NCBI GenBank assembly: GCA_964577045.1
Contig: CAZNWL010000001.1
Location: forward strand, 1-34,471
Reading direction: 5' to 3'
Length of the DNA: 34,471 nt
Source: an uncultured Planctomycetia bacterium
GTDB lineage: Bacteria > Omnitrophota > Gorgyraeia > Duberdicusellales > 4484-171
Within the stretch, counting starts at the first letter, position 1; each line of letters opens with the position of its first letter. This document shows positions 16,113 to 24,569 of this stretch, piece after piece. The position numbers and the translations under genes were made by a program. The notes under the pieces were generated by a model. The model was not told where the DNA came from. It saw only the letters and a list, made by a program, of their open reading frames with translations, and made no database searches.

Positions 16113-18083
16113 ATGAATGATAAGAAAATAAAAGTAGGTTTAGTGCAAATCGGCGATAAATTCGGAGAGCAGTATTACCTTCCTTATTCTATCGCCACTT
16201 TGCAGGCTTATGCTCAAAGCTACCTGAAAAACCCGGAGAGTTTTAGTTTTCTCTTACCTATATATAAGCGCTTAAGCCTTAATGAGGCAGTGAGAGAGCT
16301 TCAACCCAGCCAGATTATCTTTTTCAGCGCCTATGTCTGGAATTACGCTTTGAGTTTGGCTATTGCTAAAAAGATTAAACAAAATAATCCGGAAACCATA
16401 ATAGTTTTCGGCGGGCCGCAGATTCCCGAAGAAGTTAAAGCCTTAGAGTTTTTCTTGCGGGAAAACCCCTTTGTGGATTTGACAGTTTACGGAGAAGGGG
16501 AGATCCCGGTTTTAAAGATTTTAGAAAACTTTAAAACTAAAGATTGGAAGAACGTTCCTTCCGTTGGCTTTATCGGCCCCCAGGATAAGTTTAGCTATAA
16601 CCAAAAAATAGAGCGCATTAGCAAGCTCGACCAGATTCCTTCGGCTTATTTAAGCGGAGTTTTTGAGCCTTTGCTTAAGGCTAACCCCAATGAAGAGTGG
16701 TCTGCGCTTTTAGAGACCAACCGCGGCTGCCCGTATGCTTGCAGTTACTGCTATTGGGGGAAAAAAGAGCGCAGTAAAGTTTATCAGTTTGACTGCGAAA
16801 GAGTGTTTAAGGAAATTGACTGGTTCAGCCGCCATAAAATCCAGTTTGTTTTCTGCTGCGACGCTAATTTCGGGCTGTTCAAGCGCGATTTAGATATTGC
16901 TTTGAAAGTTTCCCAGAATAAAAATAAATACGGCTATCCTCAAGGTTTTTCCGTGCAGAATACCAAGAATTCAAGCGCCGATATTTTTAATCTGCAAAAA
17001 GTTTTAACGGAAAATGGCTTACAGCGCGGAGTAAATCTCGCCCTGCAGTCAGTTAATCCCCAGACTTTAAAAAGCATAAACCGCAATAATATCCCGGCGG
17101 CAATGTATAAAGAACTGCAAACTATGTTTTCTAAGGAGAATATCCCGACCTTCAGCGACATTATCATCGGCTTGCCCGAAGAAACTTATGAAAGCTTTAC
17201 CGAGGGTGTTTCCGAGATAATTGCCAGCGGCCAGCATAACCGCATTCAATTTATTAACCTGGCGATTTTAGAAAACTCCCAGATGGCCGAGAAAGCTTAT
17301 CAGGAAAAATATGGTTTAGCGGCCAAAGAAATAAAGAGCATCGCTCATCATACCAGCCTCAATGAGGATTTAGAAGTCAGCGATACGCAAAAGCTGGTGG
17401 TGGCTACCAAAGCTATGCCGGCAAAAGATTGGGTAAGAACGCGGGTATTTTCCTGGATGGTTTCCTTGTTATATTTCAATAAGTTATTGCAGATTCCATT
17501 TTTAGTTTTAAATAAGCTTTCTAATGCGAGCGCTAAAGAGTTGGCCGAGGCTTTTATAGATGAGAAAAAATATCCGATGATTACCCGCGTGGTGGATTTT
17601 TTCAGGGAAAAAGCCAAAGCCATGCAAGCCGGCGGAAATGAATTCGTGGCTGCGCCTGAATACCTGAATATCTGGTGGCCGGCAGACGAATATATGTTTA
17701 TCAAACTTTGCTTGGAAAACTTTGATGAGTTTTATCGGGCTTGCGGCCAGCTGCTGCGTGAGTTTATTGCCGAGAAAAAAATAGAGTTTGCGGACGCGCT
17801 TTTAGTTGAAAGCCTGGCTTTAAATAGAGCTTTGATTAAACTGCCCGGAGAGAATCAGGATTTAGAAATAAACTGCGCTTATAATCTTTATGATTTTTAT
17901 CAAAGCCTTTTAAAAAACGAGGTTTTGCCTTTGAGAAAAGTAAGCTCTAAATATCTTGCGCTACGCAGCCAGAGCCAATGGGATTTAGCCGATTGGTTAA
18001 GAGAAGTGGTCTGGTATGGCACAAAGCGCGGGGCTTACCTTTATGAGTGTAGAGCCAGTAAAATAACAGAAGTGGCGGTTTAA
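16113..18083 (+). CDS. B12-binding-domain radical SAM enzyme (class B), 656 aa with a long C-terminal extension
   Basis: It has an N-terminal Rossmann-like cobalamin-binding-type domain (IIFFSAYVWN...IIVFGGPQ). The CxxxCxxC motif is NRGCPYACSYCYW (Cys codons at 16728-16751). Confidence 0.8.
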   Translation: MNDKKIKVGLVQIGDKFGEQYYLPYSIATLQAYAQSYLKNPESFSFLLPIYKRLSLNEAVRELQPSQIIFFSAYVWNYALSLAIAKKIKQNNPETIIVFGGPQIPEEVKALEFFLRENPFVDLTVYGEGEIPVLKILENFKTKDWKNVPSVGFIGPQDKFSYNQKIERISKLDQIPSAYLSGVFEPLLKANPNEEWSALLETNRGCPYACSYCYWGKKERSKVYQFDCERVFKEIDWFSRHKIQFVFCCDANFGLFKRDLDIALKVSQNKNKYGYPQGFSVQNTKNSSADIFNLQKVLTENGLQRGVNLALQSVNPQTLKSINRNNIPAAMYKELQTMFSKENIPTFSDIIIGLPEETYESFTEGVSEIIASGQHNRIQFINLAILENSQMAEKAYQEKYGLAAKEIKSIAHHTSLNEDLEVSDTQKLVVATKAMPAKDWVRTRVFSWMVSLLYFNKLLQIPFLVLNKLSNASAKELAEAFIDEKKYPMITRVVDFFREKAKAMQAGGNEFVAAPEYLNIWWPADEYMFIKLCLENFDEFYRACGQLLREFIAEKKIEFADALLVESLALNRALIKLPGENQDLEINCAYNLYDFYQSLLKNEVLPLRKVSSKYLALRSQSQWDLADWLREVVWYGTKRGAYLYECRASKITEVAV

Positions 18084-18086
18084 ACT

Positions 18087-19073
18087 ATGGATTTAGCCGG
18101 AAAAAATATTTTGGTTACCGGAGCTGCGGGGATGATGGGAAGCCATGCTTTGCTAGCTCTAAAAGATATGCCGGTGAAAGTGCGGGCAGTGGATTGGCAA
18201 AAAAAGCCGCTAGTGTTTTCTAATAATATCGCGCATTTAGAAGCGGATTTAACCGATGCCAAAGAATGCCAGAAAGCAGTGAGAGGCATGGATTATGTTT
18301 TAAACTTTGCCGCTAAAATTTCGCGCCGGGCAAAAACTTACGACTATTTACTCACTAATTTAAAGATAAACGCGCTGATGCTAGAAGCGGCTTATCAATC
18401 CGGAGTGAAAAAATACCTTTGGCTAAGCAGCAGCGTGGCTTATCCGCCGCAAAATCATCCTTTGAAAGAAGAGGAGATGTTTTTAGCTGACCCGGCGGAT
18501 AATTATTTTGGCATTGGCTGGACTACGCGCTATCTGGAAAACTTATGCCGGATGTATGCCACCAAAGTGAGTAATCCGATGATTACGATTGTGCTTCGGC
18601 CTACGGCGATTTACGGAGAATACGCGGATTTTAACCCGGAAACATCCCATGTTTTACCGGCCTTAATCCGCAAAGTAGTTGAGCGGCAGAGCCCCATAGA
18701 GATTTGGGGAGGCGGCGAGGTGAAAAGGGATTTTGTTTATGCCGGCGACGTGGCCAGAGCCTGCATTTTAGCTTTAGAGAAAACAGATAATTTTAGCGCG
18801 CTGAATATCGGCTTGGGCAAATCATACTCCAGCAAAGAATTATTAGATTCAATTTTAAAAGTTGATGATTATAAGACTGCTAAAGTAGTTTTTGATAAAA
18901 CTAAAGGCAAAAATCTTCATTCCATTGAGGTTGACTGCAGCAAAGCCAAAAAACTTTTAGGCTGGAAGCCCGAAGTTTCGTTGGAAGAAGGCATAAAAAG
19001 AACTATAGCTTGGTATAAGCAAAATAATGAAATTCCAAATCACAAATTCCAAATTACAAATAAATTCCAATGA
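18087..19073 (+). CDS. Divergent NAD-dependent epimerase/dehydratase-fold protein (extended SDR)
   Basis: VTGAAGMMGSH, WLSSSVAYP and LRPTAIYGEY are present. It shares YFGxxWTxxYLExLC with the 20498 paralogue. The last ~13 codons (IPNHKFQITNKFQ) are encoded by the left arm of the palindromic repeat. Confidence 0.7.
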   Translation: MDLAGKNILVTGAAGMMGSHALLALKDMPVKVRAVDWQKKPLVFSNNIAHLEADLTDAKECQKAVRGMDYVLNFAAKISRRAKTYDYLLTNLKINALMLEAAYQSGVKKYLWLSSSVAYPPQNHPLKEEEMFLADPADNYFGIGWTTRYLENLCRMYATKVSNPMITIVLRPTAIYGEYADFNPETSHVLPALIRKVVERQSPIEIWGGGEVKRDFVYAGDVARACILALEKTDNFSALNIGLGKSYSSKELLDSILKVDDYKTAKVVFDKTKGKNLHSIEVDCSKAKKLLGWKPEVSLEEGIKRTIAWYKQNNEIPNHKFQITNKFQ

Positions 19074-19167
19074 CCAAAATTCAAATGACCGAAACAATTA
19101 GTTTTTTTAATTTTGAAAATTTGAATTTGGAATTTATTTGTAATTTGGTGCTTGGAATTTGGAATTT
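19030..19167. repeat. AT-rich palindromic element built from 4 direct plus 4 inverted copies of AAATTC(C)AA, with a perfect 22-bp inverted-repeat core (19049-19070 / 19127-19148)
   Basis: Direct copies start at 19030, 19044, 19062 and 19077. Inverted copies lie at 19120-19128, 19127-19135, 19152-19160 and 19158-19167. The outer 10-mers at 19030-19039 and 19158-19167 are also perfectly complementary. A T7 run (19102-19108) lies near the centre of symmetry. Confidence 0.6.
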
Positions 19168-19184
19168 AAGGAGTAACAACACGA

Positions 19185-20495
19185 ATGGTTAAGGTTGGAA
19201 TAATTATACCTAGTTGGCACTATTGGGTGAATCCCTGCCGGATTCAGCCGATATATGAGATGTATTTTGCTACGCTCATTGCAGCGCGCTTTAAAAAAAG
19301 CGAGGTTGAGGTTGACATTATTGACACTCGCGGCATCCGCAAAGACCAGCAGATTTACCATATCCCCGAAAGGGATCTTTACCTCTATTGGATAGCCAAA
19401 ACCGGCGACTATTCCAGAATCGCGGAGCTGGTCAAAGAAATAAAAGCCAAATACCCGCAAACTAAGCACGCTGCCGGCGGAACGCACATTGATATCTTCG
19501 GCGAAAAGTGCTCAAGAGATTTTGACGCGCTGGTAATTGGCCCGGGAGAAGAGTCGTTTAGCGCGATTATCAAGGATGTCCAGAAAGGCAGCCTGAAAAA
19601 ACTCTATCAGTCCGACTATAAAGATGTGCATTATGCGGATTATCCGTTTATCAAGCGGCATTTTTTGCCGGAGGCGGCAATAGTGAACAACCTTTTGTTT
19701 GAAAAATACGGCGCAAATATCAGGGCTACCTGCGTGCTTTTCTCGCGCGGCTGCAGTTTCCGCTGCCGCTACTGTGTTTACAATGTGCCGGGAAAAGTGC
19801 AGATGAGAAGGCCAGAAGCTATCACCGAAGAAATAGAATATTTGAAGCGAGACTATAAAGTAGAAGCGATTAATTTAAAGGATGAGATTTGCATTCCCGT
19901 AACCAGAGATGTAGCTTTACCTTATTTAGAAGCGATTAAGAAAGCCCGCGTTTTGTGGCGCGGCCAAACCACGGTTTTAGGGGTTACCGAAGAAAAAATC
20001 GCTTTGGCTAAGGAGTCAGGGTGCATGGAACTGGCTACTGGCGTAGAAAGCGTGTCGCAGCAGGTTTTGGATATCATTGATAAGAAGATTACCACCGAAG
20101 ACGTGCGCAATTTTATCCGGCTGTGTAAAAAGTATGCTATCAAGGTCAAGATGTGTTTGGTTTTTGGTCTTCCCGGTGAGCCGCAGACTATTGTTGAGGA
20201 TACCAAAAGGTTTATAGAGGAGGCAAAGCCCGATTATATCAGCCTTTCTGGCCTTGACCCTTTACCCGGCTCGGATATTTACGCCAACAGCGCCTATTAT
20301 GGCATCAAAAACATCGACACTAACTGGGAAAAACACGCGCATTTATTATACCGTTTTTCTGATTACGAAGAAGTGGGTTTACCGTTTGAATACGAGAAAG
20401 CCAACAAATGGGGCAAAACCTTCTCCCGTGAGGAGATAATCTCCAACATCCGCCAAACCCAAACCTATTTCCGTGAAAAACAGATGACGTATTAG
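19185..20495 (+). CDS. B12-binding-domain radical SAM enzyme (class B), 436 aa
   Basis: It has an N-terminal B12-binding-like domain. The CxxxCxxC motif is SRGCSFRCRYCVY (Cys codons at 19752-19775). An AAGGAG RBS lies at 19168-19173. Confidence 0.8.
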   Translation: MVKVGIIIPSWHYWVNPCRIQPIYEMYFATLIAARFKKSEVEVDIIDTRGIRKDQQIYHIPERDLYLYWIAKTGDYSRIAELVKEIKAKYPQTKHAAGGTHIDIFGEKCSRDFDALVIGPGEESFSAIIKDVQKGSLKKLYQSDYKDVHYADYPFIKRHFLPEAAIVNNLLFEKYGANIRATCVLFSRGCSFRCRYCVYNVPGKVQMRRPEAITEEIEYLKRDYKVEAINLKDEICIPVTRDVALPYLEAIKKARVLWRGQTTVLGVTEEKIALAKESGCMELATGVESVSQQVLDIIDKKITTEDVRNFIRLCKKYAIKVKMCLVFGLPGEPQTIVEDTKRFIEEAKPDYISLSGLDPLPGSDIYANSAYYGIKNIDTNWEKHAHLLYRFSDYEEVGLPFEYEKANKWGKTFSREEIISNIRQTQTYFREKQMTY

Positions 20496-20497
20496 AT

Positions 20498-21466
20498 ATG
20501 CTTAAACAAAAACTACTAATCTGTGGGGTGTCGGGGTTTATAGGGAGAAATGTCGCCGAACAGTTCGCGAGACGGGGGGAATTTGAGATTACGGGGACGT
20601 ATTGGAAGGCGCCGGAGCCGAGAATCGCTGGCGTGAAGATGGTGAGGGTGGATTTGACCCGCAGAGAAGACGTAGAGAGAGTGGTGAGGGGGGTGGATGT
20701 GATTGTGCAGGCCGCGGCCACGACTTCGGGATCAAAGGAAATACTGGCAAAGCCCTATTACCATGTGACGGATAACGCTTTGATGAATTCGCTGATTTTC
20801 AGGGCGGCGTTTGAGCAGAAGGTAAAGCAGGTAGTGTTTTTCAGCTGCACAGTAATGTATCAGTCAAGCGAAAAGCCCCTGAAGGAAACGGATTTGGATT
20901 TAAACCAGCCCATGCACGAAAGCTATTTTGGCTCGGCCTGGACTAAACTTTACTTAGAGAAGCTTTGCGAGTTTTATTCTAAAATCAGCGCGACCAAATA
21001 CACGGTAGCCCGGCATTCCAATATCTACGGGCCTTATGATAAGTTTGATTTGGAGCGCTCGCATGTTTTCGGCGCGACCATCGCCAAAGTAATGGAAGCC
21101 CAGCAGGGCGGAAAAATCACGGTTTGGGGTTCAGGCGAAGAAGCCAGAGACCTTTTATATGTTTCGGACTTAGTTAATTTTGTGGAATTGGCTTTGCGAA
21201 AGCAAAAGGAAAAATTTGAAATATTCAATGTGGGTTTAGGCGAGGCGATTTCGGTAAAGGATTTAGTGAAAAAGATAATTGCTCTGTCCGGCAAAAAGCT
21301 GGCTATAGATTTTGACCGCGCCAAGCCCGCGATTAAAACTAAACTTTGCCTTAATTGCCAAAAGGCGCGGGAATTATTAGGCTGGAAGCCCGAAGTCTCT
21401 TTGGAGGATGGAATTAAAAATACGATTAAATGGTACGAAGCCAATAAAGAGAAGGTGAGAGTATGA
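20498..21466 (+). CDS. Divergent NAD-dependent epimerase/dehydratase-fold protein (extended SDR)
   Basis: CGVSGFIGRN, VFFSCTVMY and ARHSNIYGPYDKF are present. It is a paralogue of the 18087 gene. Confidence 0.7.
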   Translation: MLKQKLLICGVSGFIGRNVAEQFARRGEFEITGTYWKAPEPRIAGVKMVRVDLTRREDVERVVRGVDVIVQAAATTSGSKEILAKPYYHVTDNALMNSLIFRAAFEQKVKQVVFFSCTVMYQSSEKPLKETDLDLNQPMHESYFGSAWTKLYLEKLCEFYSKISATKYTVARHSNIYGPYDKFDLERSHVFGATIAKVMEAQQGGKITVWGSGEEARDLLYVSDLVNFVELALRKQKEKFEIFNVGLGEAISVKDLVKKIIALSGKKLAIDFDRAKPAIKTKLCLNCQKARELLGWKPEVSLEDGIKNTIKWYEANKEKVRV

Positions 21467-22533
21467 TTATCTCAAGGACTCCATTCAGGATTTCCTTTTT
21501 CGGCGGCGGCACAGATTATCCGGTCTGGTATAAGGAGAATGAAGGCGCGGTGATTTCCGCTTCCATTAACAAATATTGCTATATCACCTGCCGGTATTTG
21601 CCGCCCTTTTTCGGCTATAAATACCGCATTGTTTATTCGCAGAGAGAAGCCGTGTATGAGCTGAACGAGATTAAGCATCACTCGGTGAGAGAGTGCTTGC
21701 GCTTTATGGATTTAGCCAACGGAGTAGAAGTTCATCATGACGGCGATTTGCCGGCGCGCACCGGCCTCGGCTCAAGCTCAAGCTTTACGGTTGGGCTTTT
21801 AAACGCCTTATACGCTTTAAAAGGAAAAATGGTGACCAAAAAACAGCTGGCCATGGATGCGATAAAAGTAGAGCAGGAGATGATTAAGGAAAACGTCGGC
21901 TCGCAAGACCAGACCATTGCCGCTTTTGGCGGGTTTAATAAGATTACTTTCGGCCGCAATTACAACATTGAAGTCCAGCCTATTACTTTGGACTTTGATA
22001 AGTCCACGCATTTTCAAAAGCATTTGATGCTTTTCTTCACCGGATTTTCGCGCACGGCTTCGGAGATTGCCGGGGAGCAGATTAAAGAAACGGCTAATAA
22101 AACTAAAGAGCTGAAAGCGATGCATGCCATGGTTGAGGCGGCCGCGGATATTTTAAACCAGAGCCGCGATAACTTTGACGCCTTTGGCAAACTGCTGAAC
22201 GAAGCCTGGAAGATAAAGCGCAGCTTGACTTCCAAGATTTCCACTCCTTTTGTTGACGAGATTTACGAAACCGCTTTAAGAGCCGGAGCTTCCGGCGGAA
22301 AACTGCTCGGCGCTGGCGGCGGCGGGTTTATTCTGTTTTTCGTTAAGCCAGAGCGCCAGGCTAAAGTAAGAGCAGCTTTGCGCAAACTCCTTTATGTTCC
22401 TTTTGGCTTTGACACTTTAGGCAGCCAGATAATTTACTATGCGCCTGACCATCATACTTGGTGGGGCATGGATAACCAGCTGAAAACAGCCGAACAAGTG
22501 ATACAGGAAGATTCAACTATTACTGAACAATGA
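21463..22533 (+). CDS. GHMP-family sugar kinase (D-glycero-D-manno-heptose 7-phosphate kinase HddA-like)
   Basis: The GHMP ATP-binding motif PARTGLGSSSSFTVGLLNAL and a C-terminal GAGGGGF motif are present. The architecture matches the galactokinase/mevalonate-kinase-related kinases of GDP-heptose pathways. Confidence 0.7.
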   Translation: MIISRTPFRISFFGGGTDYPVWYKENEGAVISASINKYCYITCRYLPPFFGYKYRIVYSQREAVYELNEIKHHSVRECLRFMDLANGVEVHHDGDLPARTGLGSSSSFTVGLLNALYALKGKMVTKKQLAMDAIKVEQEMIKENVGSQDQTIAAFGGFNKITFGRNYNIEVQPITLDFDKSTHFQKHLMLFFTGFSRTASEIAGEQIKETANKTKELKAMHAMVEAAADILNQSRDNFDAFGKLLNEAWKIKRSLTSKISTPFVDEIYETALRAGASGGKLLGAGGGGFILFFVKPERQAKVRAALRKLLYVPFGFDTLGSQIIYYAPDHHTWWGMDNQLKTAEQVIQEDSTITEQ

Positions 22534-23240
22534 TAGCGCCAAAAACAACGGATGCGGTGATTCTTTGCGGGGGCAAGGGCGAGCGCTTGCAATCAGTGGT
22601 AAGCGATAAGCCCAAAGTTTTGGCGGAGGTGAATGGACAGCCGTTTTTAGAAATTTTGGTAGCTAACCTCAAACGTTTCGGCTTTCAGCGTTTTATTTTA
22701 AGCGTGGGCTATAAAAGAGAAGCCATCATTGATTATTTCAAAAACAGAAAGGAGATAGTTTTTTCCGAAGAAAAAACCGCGCTGGGCACGGGCGGCGGCT
22801 TAAAAAAAGCCCGCAGCCTGATTAAAAGCGATACGTTTCTTGCGCTGAACGGCGACTCTTTTTGCGCCTTGGATTTTAACGAGTTTTTCAGCTTTCATCA
22901 GCAGAAAAAATCCCTTTTAAGCATAGTTTTAACTAAAAGCTTGGAAGTTAAAGATTACGGAACCGTTACTTTAGATGATTCGGGAAGGATAAAAAGCTTT
23001 CAGGAGAAGATAGAGGGAAACAGCGTGCGCTTAGTAAATGCCGGCATTTATTTGATGCAAAAGGAGATTTTCAGCCAGATGCCGGAAAAGTCAGCTTTTT
23101 CTCTGGAATACGATTTTTTCCCTAAAGTAAAAAGCAGTTTTGGCTATATCACTTCAGCCAAACTTTATGATATCGGAACGCCAGAACGTTATCAGATATT
23201 TTTGGGGACAGGTCCCACTCGAATAGGCCCAGTAAAATAA
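22530..23240 (+). CDS. Sugar-1-phosphate nucleotidyltransferase (HddC-like guanylyltransferase)
   Basis: The N-terminal ILCGGKGERL...KPK.LAEVNGQPF signature is present and the 236-aa size fits. It is translationally coupled to the GHMP kinase (ATGA). Confidence 0.65.
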   Translation: MIAPKTTDAVILCGGKGERLQSVVSDKPKVLAEVNGQPFLEILVANLKRFGFQRFILSVGYKREAIIDYFKNRKEIVFSEEKTALGTGGGLKKARSLIKSDTFLALNGDSFCALDFNEFFSFHQQKKSLLSIVLTKSLEVKDYGTVTLDDSGRIKSFQEKIEGNSVRLVNAGIYLMQKEIFSQMPEKSAFSLEYDFFPKVKSSFGYITSAKLYDIGTPERYQIFLGTGPTRIGPVK

Positions 23241-23312
23241 GGCGCTATTCGCTGTGTTTTTCAAAAACTAGAAATAGGTTATATAGAGAAGAAAATTTCG
23301 AAAATTTGAAAA

Positions 23313-24569
23313 ATGGCTAAAAAAATTATTGATAACATTAGGTTTATAAAGCGGGACCTGTCCCCAAAAATGAAGATTCCGTTTGGCACGATTACAGTGA
23401 GCGAGAAGTCAAGGCAGCTGATTAACGCGGCTTTGGATGCAAACCGCCTTTCTTCGGGTAAATACGTGCGCGAGTTTGAAGAGAAGTTTGCCGCGCTGGT
23501 CGGGGTAAAAGAAGCCGTGGCAGTGGCCAGCGGCACTGATGCTTTGGCTTTGGCCTTGGCTGTGCTTTATGATTTCGGCGCCAGAAAAAACGATGAAGTA
23601 ATTATTCCGGCTTTGTCTTTTGTGGCTACGGGTAATGCGGTGCTGCAAGCCGGGTTTAAGCCGGTTTTCGTGGATGTGGATTTAAAAACTTTAAACATCA
23701 TCCCGGAAAAAATAGAAGCGGCAATCAGCGCGAAAACTCGGGCTATTCTTCCGGTACATTTGATGGGAAAGCCCGCGGCTATGGAGGCGATAAACCGCAT
23801 CGCTAAAAAGCGCAAGCTCTATGTGATTGAAGACGCGGCTGAAGCCCATGGCGCAGAATATAAAGGTAAGCGCGCCGGAAGCCTGGCTGATATGGGAGCT
23901 TTCAGCCTTTATGTGGCGCATATTATTACTACTGCCGAAGGCGGGATAGTCACTACTGATAATTCTGCATTCGCCGAAATCTTAAGGTCTTTGCGTTCAC
24001 ACGGCCGGGCTTGTAAATGCAGGAGCTGTGTGTTAAATACTGCCTCCAGTTTTTGCGACAAAAGATTCAAGCAGGGGAAAAATAAAGATATCCGCTTTAT
24101 CTTTGAGCGCATTGGTTTTTCCTGCAAAATGAATGAGCTGGAAGCAGCTATCGGCATCGGCAATTTAGACAACTATCAGCAAATTCTGGATAAAAGAAGG
24201 GCGAATTTGCTTTATTTAATCAATAAGTTTAAAGAGTTTCGGCCATATTTAACCACTATCTGCGAAGAGGCCGGCGAAAAAATCGGGCCGCATGCGTTTC
24301 CTTTTATCGTGGGTAAAAAGGCGAAGTTCAGCCGCGAAGAATTAAGCGGATTTTTAGAAAAGAGAGGAGTGGATACCCGCACTTTGTTTTCCTCAATCCC
24401 TACGCAATGCGCGGGATTTAAATTTTTAGGGCATAAGTTGGGGGATTTTCCTAATGCCGAATATATCGGAGAAAACGGCATACATATCGGGGTGCATCAG
24501 GATTTAAATAAGGGGCACATGGAATATTTTATTAACTTGATTCACGAATTTTTAAAAGCCAATGCCTAA
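23313..24569 (+). CDS. DegT-fold PMP-dependent NDP-4-keto-6-deoxy-sugar 3-dehydratase candidate (E1/RfbH/ColD-like)
   Basis: GAFSLYVAHIITTAEGG aligns residue for residue with GAFSFFPSKNLGAFGDGG of the upstream DegT. This places His203 (23919-23921) where the PLP lysine sits. A Cys cluster CKCRSCVLNTASSFCDKRF follows (24012-24056). Confidence 0.6.
   Translation: MAKKIIDNIRFIKRDLSPKMKIPFGTITVSEKSRQLINAALDANRLSSGKYVREFEEKFAALVGVKEAVAVASGTDALALALAVLYDFGARKNDEVIIPALSFVATGNAVLQAGFKPVFVDVDLKTLNIIPEKIEAAISAKTRAILPVHLMGKPAAMEAINRIAKKRKLYVIEDAAEAHGAEYKGKRAGSLADMGAFSLYVAHIITTAEGGIVTTDNSAFAEILRSLRSHGRACKCRSCVLNTASSFCDKRFKQGKNKDIRFIFERIGFSCKMNELEAAIGIGNLDNYQQILDKRRANLLYLINKFKEFRPYLTTICEEAGEKIGPHAFPFIVGKKAKFSREELSGFLEKRGVDTRTLFSSIPTQCAGFKFLGHKLGDFPNAEYIGENGIHIGVHQDLNKGHMEYFINLIHEFLKANA

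Noticed and set aside
19074-19184. A cobalamin riboswitch upstream of the second B12-dependent radical SAM gene
   Set aside because: The spacer is only 111 nt and extremely AT-rich. It is fully accounted for by the palindromic repeat, and I see no GC-rich B12-box-like core.
23241-23312. A promoter or operator in the 72-nt gap before the dehydratase-like gene (TTTTCA...TATATA; GTTTTTCAAAAAC near-palindrome; GAAAATTT tandem)
   Set aside because: The hexamers match the consensus poorly. The palindrome cannot form a hairpin because it has a 1-nt centre, and the tandem is only two short A/T-rich copies. The evidence is too weak to call a feature.
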